Below are positions 23,932-37,904 of a stretch of 64,000 nt of DNA, one piece after another (the stretch's first letter is position 1; each line of letters starts with the position of its first letter). Location of the stretch: assembly GCA_002269645.1 (NCBI GenBank), contig NIVC01000317.1, positions 310,001 through 374,000 of the forward strand, written 5' to 3'. The notes under the pieces were generated by a model, which made no database searches, was not told where the DNA came from, and saw only the letters and a program-made list of their open reading frames with translations. This DNA is from Macrostomum lignano. Taxonomy: Eukaryota. The position numbers were made by a program, and so were the translations under genes.

Positions 23932-25290
23932 ATGACCGAAGAAAGCGCTCCGCAGCTACAGCAGCATTCCGCAGCAGTAGCCGAAAACAACCAGGCTCCG
24001 GTACCCAACTCCGCTGGGCAGCAAAGTCCCGCCGACGTGTCAGTCAAAGTCCCGCCGCTGTACCTGAGCAATTCGGAAGCTTGGTTCCCGACCCTCGAGT
24101 CGCAATTTCACCTAGCACGTATAACATCGGATGAGACCAGGTACCACTACTTGGTTGCCCACCTGCCGGAGGACATCTCGTCGATGCAGATCACGAAATC
24201 AACGCATCGACAGTACGAACCGCTGAAAGCAGCCATCACCAACCTGCTGCAAGAGTCAGCAGGAGAAGATCAACGAGATCCTGGACACATCCGATCTGAG
24301 TGGCGACAAGCCCTCGATCTTCGTCAAGAAGCTAAGCGCAAAGATGGCTCAGTGCGGCATGGGCTCCTGCTCCGACATGCTGAAAGTGACTCTTATCCGC
24401 TGCCTGCCGAGCGAGCTACTTGTTGTACTATTAGGTTTCCAGACTGAATCGCTAGAGAAACTCGCTGAAATCGCTGACTTCATGGTCAGCTACCAGAGCT
24501 AGGCGAGCACAGTCAGCGCTGTTCAGCCGACGTGTCGCAACGACGACAGCTTTAACCACAGACCAGCATCACCCCGTTCAAGCCGGGGCAACGTCGAGTT
24601 GTCTGTCGTGAGCACATCTACTACGGCGAACGAACCTGCCGACCGTGTTGTCGTTTCCCGTCCACCTTGGGTGGTAGGCGGCCTCGACTCCTGGGTAATC
24701 ATGAAAAGACACCCGTGCAGACCAAGTCAGCCTCTCCGACACGTCATTCGTCAAACTAGAGGGCACTGCCCAACCCGCCGCAGTGAGCAGTGCAACATCT
24801 CCGGCGGCGAGCAAGAAATTCCTGGTGGTCGATATTAAGATCGATAGCAAGTAATAACCGTTCCTGGTCGATACCGGCGCAGCAGTGTCGATAATTCCGC
24901 AGAAGTAACTCCACAGGGACCTCCAGGAGACCGGGTTTTGTCTGACCACCGCCACCGGTGCATCGATCCGGTGGCGATGGTCGGCGGCACGAGCATTATA
25001 AGAAACTAATCGGGCAGCTTAAGGGCTACCTATTACGGTTAGCCAGGCTCCAGCTGGACGGCAGAGGATTCATTCCCCAGGCCTGCGAGCCCAAAAAGCA
25101 ATCCGGACATTGAAACGAGAATTCAAATTTGAACAAAGCATCGCTACCTGGCGTCGAGTGGTGTAGTACGCCCTTCAGAACATCCACCAATCCGGCGGGG
25201 CGTATCAGCAAGTGCAATTGCGCCACGAGGTTTGCTGGATGGCGGCAGACCTCGGCTGCCCTGTGGAAGCCAGCCTCCCAACGGAATTTG
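23932..25290 (+). pseudogene. gag: Gypsy gag-protease-RT start, truncated
   Basis: VKVPPLY..EAWFPTLESQF..ITSDETRYHYLVAHLP; FLVDTGAAVSIIP; degenerate start of RT (GVVRPS). Confidence 0.85.
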
Positions 25291-26039
25291 CAATGAATTG
25301 GGTAATCATAATTAACAATACATTGCATTTTGCTAATCTAGGAAAGGTACAATATATTTTGCCGTATCTAGCTGTCTGTACTAAAACTTTAATACCTATT
25401 TCGCTACTATGAACAATTGCTCTTTTAATTATGCTTACCTCATTATAATATACTCACATGCTTAATATTGGTGCTCTCCTAATAATCTCATGCTTATCTC
25501 ATTATAATATGCATATAGTCTTTATCCACCTTCAATTGTTAATACATTGCTCCTGCTTAATCCTCTACCTTAATATTTAATGGCTCATAGCTCACAGTTG
25601 CTCATACTATTACATGAGTGTTTGTCTTGCTTATGCTCATCCTACTTATCCACCCTTGCTTATCCATTGCTCATGCATAACCATATCTATTTGTAATAAT
25701 ATACTTTTGCAAGAAAAAAATCTTCTCACTCGCATGCTCATTTGAAGTTTTCGTTTAGGAAAGCCAGATGAAGTGGGCCCGTTTAACCTGGTTATATTAC
25801 TGTTGATAGCTGATTTAGCATTTTAATTCACAGCTAATCAGGTAATTTCTTGCTATTTTTGTTTTAATCCTACATTCTTTGTCAAATTCTCCCGTATTTG
25901 TTATAATAAGCTCCGGCCAAGTAAATCGCACTTCCCCCCTTCCGAAGTACTATAAATACGACTGACTCGTAGCAAAATATAATCACATTTCTTCCTTCTT
26001 GCGAACTGCGCTTTACTCGCAGTCTGAAACTCGTTGAAG

Positions 26040-26411
26040 TCCAAAATATAGGAATATCTAGAAGCCGTATAGGCCAAGATCAGTAAAGCATTAGGCAATA
26101 AGCGTTAAATATTAGGTATAATTAGGTTAGAAGCTAACGCTGGAAATCCTCGATCCCTGGAAAAAGCTCGGACTTAGCTTAATTTAGACAATGTCTTACC
26201 GCTCGGGCACTCACAGCTACCACGAGATTTCCAAGAAATCGGGTTAATTAGGATATTTTCTTAAAAAGTAGAAACCAGCACTAGAACAACTCGGTAACAA
26301 ACAAAGAAATTTTAGCGAGACAAGTTAACCCGGCTACAACTTAATGGCGCAGTAAGATTTTATAGACGGTAGAAGTAAGAACACTACCACAACTTGGCGA
26401 CACTAGTGGGA
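26040..26411 (+). mobile_element. Gypsy LTR 3' part with two PBS-like motifs
   Basis: Homologous to 21400-21690; ends ggctaca at 26338; tggcgcagtaag at 26345 and tggcgacactagtggga at 26395. Confidence 0.55.
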
Positions 26412-27031
26412 TAGATCAACTAGGAGCAAGTAGACCTACAATATAATGTCTTATATGTTAGGCCTATTGTCTTATTATCTTACTGTTGTTTAGCAATAGA
26501 CTTAAAAGCCATATAGATTAGCTATAAAAAGAAATATAGATCAGCTATTAAAAGGAATATGAGTTGTAGTCTTGTCTTTTCGAGTTTTCATGGTTATAGA
26601 ACTGATGTGGTCGCAGCCTTCTGCTGCAAGCATAGGGCCGCAGTCACATCTTAGGCACCTCTGTCCGCTGCTAGTATCTGGAATTGGAATTTTCTGCTGC
26701 CTCCATGCACTCTAAGTAGCCTTCCTTGGCGCTCAGAAGTTGCACAATATGGCGCAATCGAGCCGTCAAAATGAGGCTCATTAACATAGGAAATTAGGAA
26801 GTTTTCCTAGCCTAGGGTTGGTTAGTGGAAGCCGCAAAATTTGGCGCTTGCCTGTACTGTTGTTGCCTGGCCTGCCGCGTACGATCGCTCAGTGTACGCA
26901 AGTCTAGTTAGCCGCACTCCTGCCCTTGTGCGCTCGCTGGACCCTCTCCCCTTTCTGCTCTCTTGTTCCTCTGCCGTCCGAGCCTCTCCCCATGCGTCAT
27001 TCTATTTTTAGACTAGAAAAATAGAATGACG

Positions 27032-27903
27032 GTTCCGTCAGAAAACAATATCCCCCAATCGAGGATGGTGACCTAGATCGACTGCGGAAATAATTTGACA
27101 GAAGCACAGCAGAGCGTCTTCAGGATGAAGTGATTTTTGTGTTACTCTATACGTTGGGTGAACGCGGCCAAGAGCACCTGAAGTTTCTCAAGAAGGGTAA
27201 TTTGGTAGGAGTTGACGCTGATGGCGAAGCATATCTTGGCCTGACGGATCTGCCAACGAAGAATCAATCGACTGAACCGACACGTGCTAAGAACAATATT
27301 ACAAAGCAAGCTCGTCTCTATGGACAGCAGCGAGAGCTTGTAGTCTACTACTACGGCCTTCTACCGGAGAGCACAAAGGATTCATCCTTCTTTCCACGAC
27401 CATTGACCAATGATGGAAGCGGTAACCTTCGGTATTCGGCCAATCAATTTCGAGGCATTAACTGGTTAGCCAACTTCATGCGTCATGAATGCCAAGTCTG
27501 CCATTTGTCCAAAGCGTATACCAACCATTGTATTAGAGTAACGCGCATCGCAGATCTGCACGAATGTGGACACAACCTGGACGACATTATGACTATTACA
27601 GGGCAGAGGGCCAAGTCGACCGTCCGGCGTTACCTGTCTAGAAGGCGTGATCGGTCCATTAAACTAGTTTCGACGTCCATCAGTAAGGCGCTTGACCGAA
27701 CGATTGCAACTACATCACATTCTAATCCCGATGTCAATGTTTCAACCGGAGCTTCCGTAGCTGCTGTCGTGGACGTGGGTGATGCTGCTGATACATCTGA
27801 GATCGTGCAGATGACAACTAAGGACCGTGACGGGAAAACAAGCATTATTCTCAATTTCAACGGCAAATTCGATAATTGCACCTTTCAAATCAAGGGGACG
27901 TAA
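27032..27903 (+). pseudogene. Second Crypton tyrosine recombinase, 5'-truncated
   Basis: VRKQYPPIEDGDL*..LQDEVIF..LGERGQE; PTKNQ; FFPRP; YTNHCIRVT; IMTITGQR..VRRY; C-terminal FDNCTF. Confidence 0.85.
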
Positions 27904-27989
27904 GTCACGGGAGAAGATATGTGATTTGATAAATGCTGATGTGTCATAACAATTACGTAGCTATTGTAATTGCTTTTAATGCTTCACTA

Positions 27990-28300
27990 CACACATTTTA
28001 AAGTGCATTCTATGTTTTTTCTATGCTTGGTTTTGTTAAAATGTGTGCTTAAATGCGTATTCTGTTTCTCTGTGCTCAATTTGGTGACATGTGTATGTAA
28101 AGTGCATTTTCTACGTTTTTCTATGCTCTCAATTTGTTTAAATGTATGTAAAAATGCGTATTCTACGTTTTTCCACGCTCAATTTGTTAACGCACAGTTT
28201 GTGTTAAAATGCGTATTTAGTTCATCTATGCTTTTTGTTTTGTTCATCCATGTATTTGTTAGCGCATGTGTTAAAATGCGTAGCTTTCCTATGATTTTCT
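27990..28300. repeat. Degenerate AT-rich tandem-like region
   Basis: Recurrent aaatgcgtattct / ttttctatgct / tcaatttg units. Confidence 0.45.
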
Positions 28301-28559
28301 ATTCCTAATGTTTTTCATGCATTGAACGTTTAGTACAATACATATAAAATAAATTGTCTCTGGCAAAATTTTCAATCATCGTTAAACAATCAATCTTTGA
28401 CTGAATCGTTGTTAGTATGGTAAACCATAGTAACAATAACTTTCAATTCTTAGTTGTGCATTTGTTTAGTACAACAACCTTTGCTTAAAATCAATATTGC
28501 CTATTTAAAAATCACTTTATCTACTAATCTCAATAATATTTCTGCTATATATTTCTGCT

Positions 28560-31500
28560 ATATTTCTACGGAGGCCCGACGTGCCCGCAACCAACGCTGC
28601 AACGAGCGCCGACGGCAACTACGGATACTGCGGGCCGGCTACCGGCGGATGGGGGACCTAGGGAAGGCGAGGCTGCTGTTCGGCCGAAAGGAGTCACAGC
28701 GACCCCTGCCCCCAGGATACAACCCCCGCTGGTGAGCAACCCAGTAAACCTGCTACCAGCGCAGTCGGGCCTTCGGGAACTGCCGCCACCAACTACGCCT
28801 AAAAGGTCAAGCTCCAACCGGCGGTCATCGTCTTCGAGGAAGAGCAAGACCTCACGGCCAACGAGCATGACAGTGCCTGGCGCACCATTGATGCTGCGCT
28901 CATTGACCAGCTCCTGGCAGGCCGCCCCGTGAGCATGGTCAAATCTGCCAAGACCGACGGCTGCATTTTCATCTGGTGCAACTCGGAGGAGAGTAGCCGC
29001 AGTCTACGCAAGCTTCTGCCAAAGCTGAACTGGCCCAAGAAGCTCGGCAAGCTCGTCTTCGCCAGCGAGGGCGAGCGACAAAAAAACCCTGCGTTTTCGC
29101 GTCTGGATCCTGGCCGGCAGTGGCATTAAATCTGGAGATCAGCTTAGGCAGATCCTGCTAAAGCTGCATCCTAACCTTGAGGTCAACGGGCTCCTACACC
29201 ACACCACTTCCCACAAGGAGAAGGGGGCCACGGTGATCCTAGGGCTCTGCGATGACTGGGCGAAGCGCTTGCCACCTAAGTTCACAATCCACCTTGGCCT
29301 GATTCAGCTGACCATCCTCCATTGCGAGGAGCGGAAAGCTGATCAAGCCAAGCTTCCAAAACCGGAACTGGGGCCCAGGCTCCTCCGGCAAAGAAGCTGA
29401 GGCAAACGGCCGATCCCAAGCCCAGTAGGGCAGTTCGCGCTGCTGAAACCGAAATTGCAAAGGACGACCCGCCAGGAGCACCCGGAGGTCCAGTTTGATC
29501 CAGCGCGCGCTGGACTAAGCCAAGAGCCTCCGGGCATATTGTGAGCGGGCCCGCGCTTCTCGCGCTCCACCCCAACAGCCAGAAGGCCAGACTATAGGCA
29601 AGGAGGCGCCGACCGACTGGTTCGAGTCTGCGACTCACCAGGAGGCTGGCACCGCCCGTATCGATCTGACTGATAAAGTGGAGGGGACGGGCAGTGACAA
29701 CACTGAAGCCTGCAGGGGAGGCGACGGTAATGTCCACGCTGGGCTCATGCCCGTGGACTCCACAGCCACCCGAACTGCCGAGGAGCTAGAGGGCTCATGT
29801 CCCACCTCCCGAATTGTAAAAGCACTTACGCTGGACAAAATGTCTAAGCTTTCCTCGGTCAAATGCACCGACGGTACGTCCACGGACAAACCAAGGGAAA
29901 CGCTTAATGTAATGCTCACTGCGTTTTTCCCCAATGAGCCAGCTAACCCGACCACTCCGGATCACTCGGAGGGAGGTCGAGCGTTGGCTGCCTCTATCAT
30001 CACGGAGGACCGCATCGTGAGAGCGGCTAACTACTTCAAACTTTTCAAAGCCCCAGGACCCGACGGCATTGTAACTGCTCTTCTAAGAGAGGCGGTTAAA
30101 TGCCCAGGCTTCCTGCGTAAACTTTGCAGCCTTTATGGGCGTGCATCACGCTTGGTTATGTCCCACAGGCATGGACCGAGGCAAAGGTGATTTTTATCCC
30201 TAAGCCAGGCCAGGCCGTCCAGACTACCATTCTATCAAATCCTTCAGACTGATCAGCCTCCAACCTCCAACCTCAACCTCCTCTCTGGTCAAGCTGATGG
30301 AGAGACTGGTGCTTTGGCGCCTTCTCTCTGTAGACCTGAAGAACAAGCCTCTTAGCGAGAACCAGCACGCTTTTCGGGCGGGTCGCTCCACTGAAAGCGC
30401 GCTGCGCATCCAGGTCAATAAACTTGAGAAGGCCGTGCTTGGTAATGGCTTCGCTCTGGGGATCTTCCTGGACATCATTGGCGCCTTTGATAACGTCCTC
30501 TTTAAGGCGTTCCGAAGAGCTCTTTGTAAGAGGCAAACGCACTCACATCTCAACAGGTGGATCATGTACATGATCAGCCATCGGACGGCCACCGCTAGTC
30601 CGCTGGGCCACCAGAGGACGGTTCCCCTCTGCAAAGGTAGCCCGCAAGGTGGGGTGCTGTCTCCAGTTCTCTGGAACATGGTCATCAATGAGCTCCTTCG
30701 GGATGCTCTGCCTGACCCCATTCTGAAAGTGGGATATGCGGACAATGTCACTGCGGTGGTATCTGGTCCATCCCCTGATACCCTCAGGTACCTTCCTCAG
30801 AATTTCATCGGCGCCGCAGCGATCATGTTCACCAGCAGGACCAAGAGGCAGATTCGGCCGCTCACGCTTTACGGAAGGGAAATCCCCTTCTGCAAGCAGA
30901 CTAAATGTCTAGGTATTACCCTGGACCACAGGCTAACTGGTGCTTGCGAAACATTCAAGCGAAAGCCAAGAGGGCCCTTGCAGTCCTTGCGCAACTGCGC
31001 AGGGCTGTCGGCACCACCTAGGGACTTACCCCCAAGCGCTTCTGGTGGATCTACACTGCAATGGTTAGGCCTGCTATCTCATATGGCATTCTGATCTGGG
31101 CCAGTGCCCTGCAGTTAAAGACTTGCCTGGAGGCTCTCAGAGGGATGCAAAGGTGCGCATGCCGCATGATCATGAGCACCCCCATCTGCTCCTTACGATG
31201 GCCTCAATGCCTTCTTCAACATTCCCTTACTAGACATCTTTGTCCGCAGGAAAGTGGCTAAGACAGCCATGGCCCTGTGGGGCAGGATACGAATGCTAGC
31301 ATCAATTATATGGTGGGCAAAGCGCAAGCTCTTGCCTCACGCTGACCTTTGCCTCAAGGACTTGAGAGACGGCGGCGGGCTCCACGTCTTATCTGATGGT
31401 GAACCCCGCATTCTCAACTTCTTTCAGCGCTATAAGGTCACCATCCCCTCTAGGGATACTGTTACTGATCACTGGAATTTCTAGGAGGTCCATTGCTATA

Positions 31501-32470
31501 TGGACGGATCCATCAAAGATGGCCTCGCCGGCTTTGGGGTCTGCATCATCATAATGGCCGCGTAATTGCCACGCATGCCTAGCACAATGGCAGGCTCTCC
31601 ACAGTCTTCCAGAACGAAGTCCTTGCCATCAGCTCCTGCGCTGCAGAGCTGAACACCAAGGGTACGAGAGTAGAGACTATTGTCAGCCACTTTGATAGCC
31701 AAGCGGCCTTACAGGCCCTTCGCCACACCACAATGAACTCCTGGACAATCGCTGACTGTGTCCGGCAGCTCAACCTCCTGGCCAGTAGCAATACTATTAG
31801 GCTGAAGTGGATCACAGGGCACGCAGGGTTTCCGGGAAACGAGCTGGCAGACAACCTTGCCACGAGGGGCGGCTATGGCTCTTTCTTTGGCCTTGCCCCC
31901 TTGGTCCCTATGCCCTTGATGGTCATCAATCGTCAGATGGATGACTGGGCGGACTCCCTCAATAGGGAAAGATAGGCAAGCACCCAAAACTACTAGCAAT
32001 CTCGTGTTGCGGTTCCGTGTCCCTCTTGCAGGCTCAAAAACATCCTTCTGAAGCAAAATCGGAAGGATATTCGTGCCCTTGTCATGACCCTTACTGGCAA
32101 TGGCTACCTCGCCAGGCACTGCTTCCTCCGAGGTGACCTCGAGAGCGAACTTTGCCCTTTTGTGAGTACGACAATGAAGATGCTCAGCACTTTGTTTGTC
32201 ACTGCCTTTTCTTTACCAGAGACCGGCTATGCTACCTTGGGCTGAACCCATCCATTAACGAGGTCTGCCAGCCCGATAGCATCCCATGGCTTATCAAGTT
32301 TCTTCAGGCGACAAGACGAGCCACTTTCTTCCCCACGGAAGATCACGCTGCAGGACGGACTGGCAGACCATCCTGACTGGCCCATACGCCTCTGAAATCT
32401 GCAGACCTTAAGGGGCTAGTGGAATGGGCAACCCTCGCCTCCCTGCTATGTCTATTACCTTGCAGCTAAG
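28560..32470 (+). mobile_element. Loa/Lian-like LINE: ORF1, RT, RNase H and C-terminal Zn knuckle; endonuclease deleted
   Basis: KAPGPDGI, KVIFIPKPG, QHAFRAGRSTESAL, FLDIIGAFD, GSPQGGVLSP, GYADNV; RNase H YMDGS, TVFQNEV, DSQAAL, WITGHAGFPGNELAD; CPFC..H..C; frameshifted. Confidence 0.9.
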
Positions 32471-33299
32471 CAAAAAAGAGAAACAGGAGCAGGTTTTGAA
32501 AGATATGCAGAAATTTAACTAGTGCAAGTTGCATCATCCATAGGGATGACTGAATTTAACAGTCGAATATTAGTAGTACGTGCTGCAAGCCTGGAAGGAA
32601 GGTACGGCTCTTGGAATTGAAATTCAAAGTGAACCACTCTAACGCAAACCACTCCAACACCTGCCTCAAAGAGACCGGACAAGCGCATCTGACGAAAATG
32701 TTTTTGACACATTGTATCACTTCGAAATGTTTCGAGGTAAGTATTATAATCATATATGATATTGACTTGCAAAAAGTTGCAAAGTTTGCAAAGTATTTTT
32801 GAGTTGCTGTTTAGCTTTCATTTAAAATAGCTAGGCTATATGCAATTCCTATATTATATGCATGACCCCATGCACACTAGTGAAGTGATCTTCATTTAAG
32901 CATGTTATGCCCAATGTTATTTTTTAGTCTAATGCGAACTTCAGAAGGTTTTTCTATCAGGAAAGTACAGCACATGCTTGTGCGGCAGTAAAGATCCTAT
33001 TGCGTGAAGCGAACACCAATGAAATGCGTTATAGAAATCATAAATATAATAGCATTCAGTGAGAATGAAGCCTTCCCTTTGTCTCCTGGCCCTCGTCCGC
33101 CCTGGTCCCCTCTCGCCCTCCTGCGCTCGTGTCCTCGCCCCCTCGCCGCCCTCAGCTCTCTGCCTCTTCGCCTCCTCAACTGCTCCGCTAGCTTGCCCCA
33201 ACAATCAAGCCTGAACTCTAATATCCTGGTCTAACAGAGATAAATCTGGACAAACGTCAATTCGTGCAACAGTGTTGATAAGTATTATGTGGCTCTATT

Positions 33300-33600
33300 T
33301 TTACTGAATTGCTTAACAAATTTGCGTGATCAATATCCTATCAGAAATTGCAACCAACATGAATTAGTAATAAACATATTTGTTGAAGCTTAGAGATCGA
33401 GAGAAGCAAATCGAACCTCTGACTTATTCAATTCACCAGAAGCATCGGCAATTGTAGACATCGTCAAAGAGGGGGGAAAACCCCCACGACATTTAAAACA
33501 TTTGACTGGCTCCCCGACCTTGTTTCTCTCCGTAATTTCCTTCAACATGCCTGGCTTCAATATGCTGGGATAAATACCTCCGTGGAGCTGACTATTAGCC
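33300..33600 (+). pseudogene. Possible second Maverick major capsid C-terminal remnant
   Basis: 33436-33503 aligns with 56343-56400 (QKHRQL..TP.TFKTF). Confidence 0.4.
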
Positions 33601-33804
33601 AGTGATGGCATCTTAGAGTCAGTAAAAAAAAGTTAAAAAGTTTACAAAATGTAAAAACGAATTCAATTTGCTATATATATGTATTAGGGCATTTTTTAAG
33701 AATGGGAATTAGTAGCGAAGCAGATATGCTTTTTGCCTACTGTCAGTAGTTTAGGTTTGGGAAAGTAATTAGAGCGGGGGAAAATCGCTAGTTTTCGGGA
33801 TTCT

Positions 33805-34680
33805 CTAGAAGTATAGAGCAGTTTGGGGCTGGGCCATGGTTTTGTCTCGCATAGAGACGCCTAACCGCAGTCACTCCTGTGAAACTTGTCTCTGCCTGGC
33901 TGAAAGCTTGTAATGAGTGAGTAGGCTGGGTTGGAGGGTAATAGTGGATCGGGAAGGGCTGTGGGTAGCTGTATAGGAAGGCAGGCCTATACCTGTACCA
34001 AGGTGCCCGACGGACTCCCTCGGAGTGCCCTCTGAGCGTACAGCCAGCGACCCTATTAAAGCTGGAGTGTGCCAGAACCAGGACTGAGTCTGAGCAGGAC
34101 GAGACCGTTGGCACGGTCACAATAGAAATGGCGGGTTGGCGAAGCAAAGGGTGAAATAGTCCCGGCGATTAGCCCTCCTGCCGCTTCAAAGATAAGAGAC
34201 TGTCTGTTGGCAAGAGTACCCGGGGTTTAGTTGGGGGGGAGGCTCCTTCGGGTTGCCACGGCCGTGGGGGGCGGTCAAATGACCGGCATTGGCTTATCTA
34301 ACCCAGGAGTAGGCACGGGCTTTCCTGAATGGTTCACTCAACCCCCTCTGGCCCAGGGGAGGTTTTTGATATGTACCCGGGGGTGGTGGGCGGTCGGCCC
34401 CAGCATGGTTGCCACGGCTCTAGGCCTTCGGGCCATCCCTAATAGGCTAAGGGGCCTTCTAACCTGGTTTTTTGGGCACGGGCTCCTGACTGGTTCGTCG
34501 AACCGCTGTCACTGTCCCCCGGGGAGGTTTGGATTTTTTAATATTGCCCTGTACAGTCCTCTATAGTCTAATTGGCTTTTAGTACACTCCCATTCTGGAA
34601 CCTAAATTATCTCTAGTGGCGTAAGAGCCTTTTTACTTAGGCTGAGGCGCCGGAAGTACTTATCATAGTCATAGTCATAG
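33805..34680 (-). mobile_element. Insertion in the 5' LTR, probably LINE 5' UTR + ORF1 start in antisense
   Basis: Absent from the 3' LTR; C/A-rich minus strand with Pro-rich frames; ETS-like gccggaagt and (tcatag)3 at the right end. Confidence 0.5.
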
Positions 34681-35534
34681 GCTGGGAAAGCAGATCGTTC
34701 GCGGACTTGCGAAGTCTCAATTAGGAAAAGGTATGAGGCAGGGAAAATATTGGGAAATACGTAAAACTGTTTGAGGTAGTCGATGCCAACAACAGTGCAC
34801 TACAAGGTAGTCAATGCCTAGCTTTTCGCACAAGTAAAGTAACAATAACCATTGCATTCTGATTTTCTTTTCTTTTTTTGAAGTAATAAAGTTTTTGTTA
34901 AATATTTCGGTTTTCCTGTGTCACTCCTTATCACTAAATTAATAGAAATAGGGAAGCAGGAAGCCTGGTGGCAGCAAATCTACCAAAATCTAAAACCAGT
35001 AAATCCACTAGTAAAATCCTTAGCAGTAGAAACCAGTAGCCCTAATTGCGATGTACCATGCGTGTCCAATTGGTGGCAGCTTAGAGGATTAGAATACCCG
35101 AGAAGCGCATACATTAGACTGGTGCAGAGAAAGGATTAGTGGATTAGTAAGAGGATTAACGGATTAACTCATATGTGCTGAAATGAGAACTAAAACACAA
35201 AATTACTAATTAGGTTCTAAATTAGAGAATTAATGTACATAGTCAGTTGGTCTAAGATTGTCTGATCTCAGATTAACGGATTAACGGATTAGGAACGGAT
35301 TAACGCTCCTGAAAGGAATTTTAACTTAGTTTCTTCGCTAGAAGATTAGTAAGGTCTCAATTAAGACCAGAAGTAAGGCGGAAGTAATAAAGTTAGTAGT
35401 CGATGCTATTTTATTAACTAAAGTCTTACCATTAGGCAAATTAGCAGCTAAATTTGGAGTCTTGCCAATTTACTGACCAAAATTATTAAACCAGAAGCGT
35501 TAATTCTAAAATCTAACCTAAAAACTAAACTAAT

Positions 35535-36550
35535 ATGGAAGCTAATGACGTAGTAGAAGCACTGGCTGAAGGCATTAGAGACAGGCTAGACATGAGGAAA
35601 CACATTAGGATCCAAAAATACACGCCTAATCAGGATATAGACGTGTGGATTCAAGCTTTTGAGCAGAGGTGTATCGCAGATGAGATACCCCCAGCTGAGT
35701 GGAAGAATGAGCTACTGTCTAACCTAGATGTTCAGTCAGCGTTCGCTATCGTGACAAGGCTAAATTTAGACCCTAATCTTCCATATGTACAATTTAAGGA
35801 TAGACTAATCGAGCGGTTTACGCATGTAGGTAGTGCTCAAGAAGCTAGGGAAGAGTTCCGTAGTAGGTTCCAGTGCAAAATGAAAGCACTGATGACTACG
35901 CTGAAAAGCTGACAGAGCTAGCATGCAGGGCGTTTCCCCATCTAACTAACGATCAGAGACAGGAAGAGGCGGTGCAACAATTTATCAGAGGTGTTAGGGA
36001 TGCCCCAGAGACTAGAGAGAAGCTACTGCTAGCTCAGGTAAACTCGCTTCAAGAGACACGTCGAGTCTTGCGACGTATTGAAATGCGTACGCTATGTCTC
36101 GCCGAGGTAGAGACCCGCAGCAGTGTAAGGCAACTGGAGGAGAAGAAGCTGAGAATAGCTTGAAGGAATTAGTCCGCAAACAGGGTGAGGCGCTAGAAAA
36201 CCAGCAGAAGGTGCTTCACGAGTTACTCCGACACCACCAGAGTGTTGAGCAAAAGGCAAGCAGCAGCAGCCGTCAGGTCAGCAGCAGCAAGGCCAGAATC
36301 AGCAGAGAGGTCCCCCAGTAAAGTGTAACAGGTGTGGCAAGCTAGGTCACATAGCTAAGAATTGCAGACAGCCACATCCTCAGAACCAGCTTAGGTACCC
36401 GGCTCAGCAGCAGATGCAGTATCAGCAGCCGCAGTATCAGCAGCCGATGTACTCACAGCAGCAAATGCAGCCGCAGTATCCGCAGCCGCATTACCCTCAG
36501 CAGCAGAATTCGGGAAACGGAATAGACGGAAGCGTCGGAGGCAACGCTTT
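35535..36550 (+). pseudogene. gag: Gypsy gag (frameshifted) with CCHC knuckle
   Basis: VWIQAFE, FKDRLIERF, QNESTDDYAEKLTELACRAFP, CNRCGKLGHIAKNC at about 36322. Confidence 0.9.
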
Positions 36551-36825
36551 CCAGCAGTAGATCCTTAACAGACTGTAGCCTCACAACCTGTAAATAGCAG
36601 CGATAGTTATTCTGTAAATAGTGAATTAAATTCTTCAGTAGGCATGCGCAAACATTTAATCAATCATTTAATCAGCCAAACATTTACTCTCAGCACTTTT
36701 CAAACGCACCACAACAACAGCGTTATTCTAGCAAGCAGCAGCTAAAACAACCAAAAATAATTGAACAAACTAAAAAGCAAAGTTACGATCCGTACATCAC
36801 TGGCAGCATTTTAAATAGGGAAATA

Positions 36826-37805
36826 CGAGGGGTGTCCAAAAAGTAGTGATACTTTTAACCGTAGCTCTCGTTATATAGCTTCCTGTGATTTAAAATTTTA
36901 TGAACTGATAGCGGCAAATCTCTTCTACAGACTGCTTTTTGAATTTTTAATATTGATACCAGAGAACAAAAGTTATACCCACAAAAGTAACAGTACCTGT
37001 ACCATAGAGTTACACAGATTATATCAAAATTTATGATAGTCGACTTCTGCACTTATTCATTAAGAAGGCATCGATAAATGTCTTGTTTAAGCAATACCAA
37101 AGCCCAATTGCAAAATTATGCTCACTGCGACTGACTGAAATTTGTCTATGGACAGAATCATGCGCAGAAAAATAAAGCATTAAATTCATTACTTTACTTG
37201 CAAACAGAGGAGCTTGCATTTTGCAATTGATTTCATTGCCCATACTCGACAACACACATGGATGTGCACTCAGTTGTTGCTCAGCAAAGTACTATCTTCA
37301 CTCTTTGGGGTGCTGGCCATAGTGCCTCAGAAATTCACGCAAAACTTTGCTCTGCGCACGGATTCTCTGCAGTCAGCAAAATGACATGAGTTTATCGATG
37401 GATGGAGCAGTTCAGCAAGGGAAGGACTGACTTGGCAGATCAGCATCGGACGGGGCGGCCATACGTTCATCGACCTGGCGGACTCCATTCTGAATCTTCT
37501 TGATGAGGACTCCCGAATGACCATTTGAGAGATCGCTGACAGGTTGGACAAGCCGAAATCAACAATTCATAGAAGCTTACTCGGCATGGATCTCGTGAAG
37601 CTCAGCCTATAATTTGTGTAACTCTATGGTACAGGTACTGTTACTTTCATGGGTATAACTTTTGTTCTCTGGTATCAATTTTAAAAATTCAAAAAGCAGT
37701 CTGTAGAAGAGATTTGCCGCTATCAATTCATAAAATTTTAAATCACAGGAAGCTATAGAACAAGAGCTACGGTTAAAAGTATCACTACTTTTTGGACACC
37801 CCTCG
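36826..37805 (+). mobile_element. Non-autonomous Tc1/mariner element inserted in the Gypsy protease
   Basis: About 190-bp TIRs starting cgaggggtgtccaaaaagtag; TA TSD; internal RWMEQFSKGRTDLAD..GRP / DSRMTI*EIADRL HTH remnant; removal restores NREIVYLLDTGS. Confidence 0.92.
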
Positions 37806-37904
37806 TAGTTTATCTATTAGACACTGGCAGTAATAGAAATATCTTAGGACGCAAAACCTGGAAGCATCTTTTCTTCCAGGCCATTCTTCCATTGCCATGG
37901 GCAG

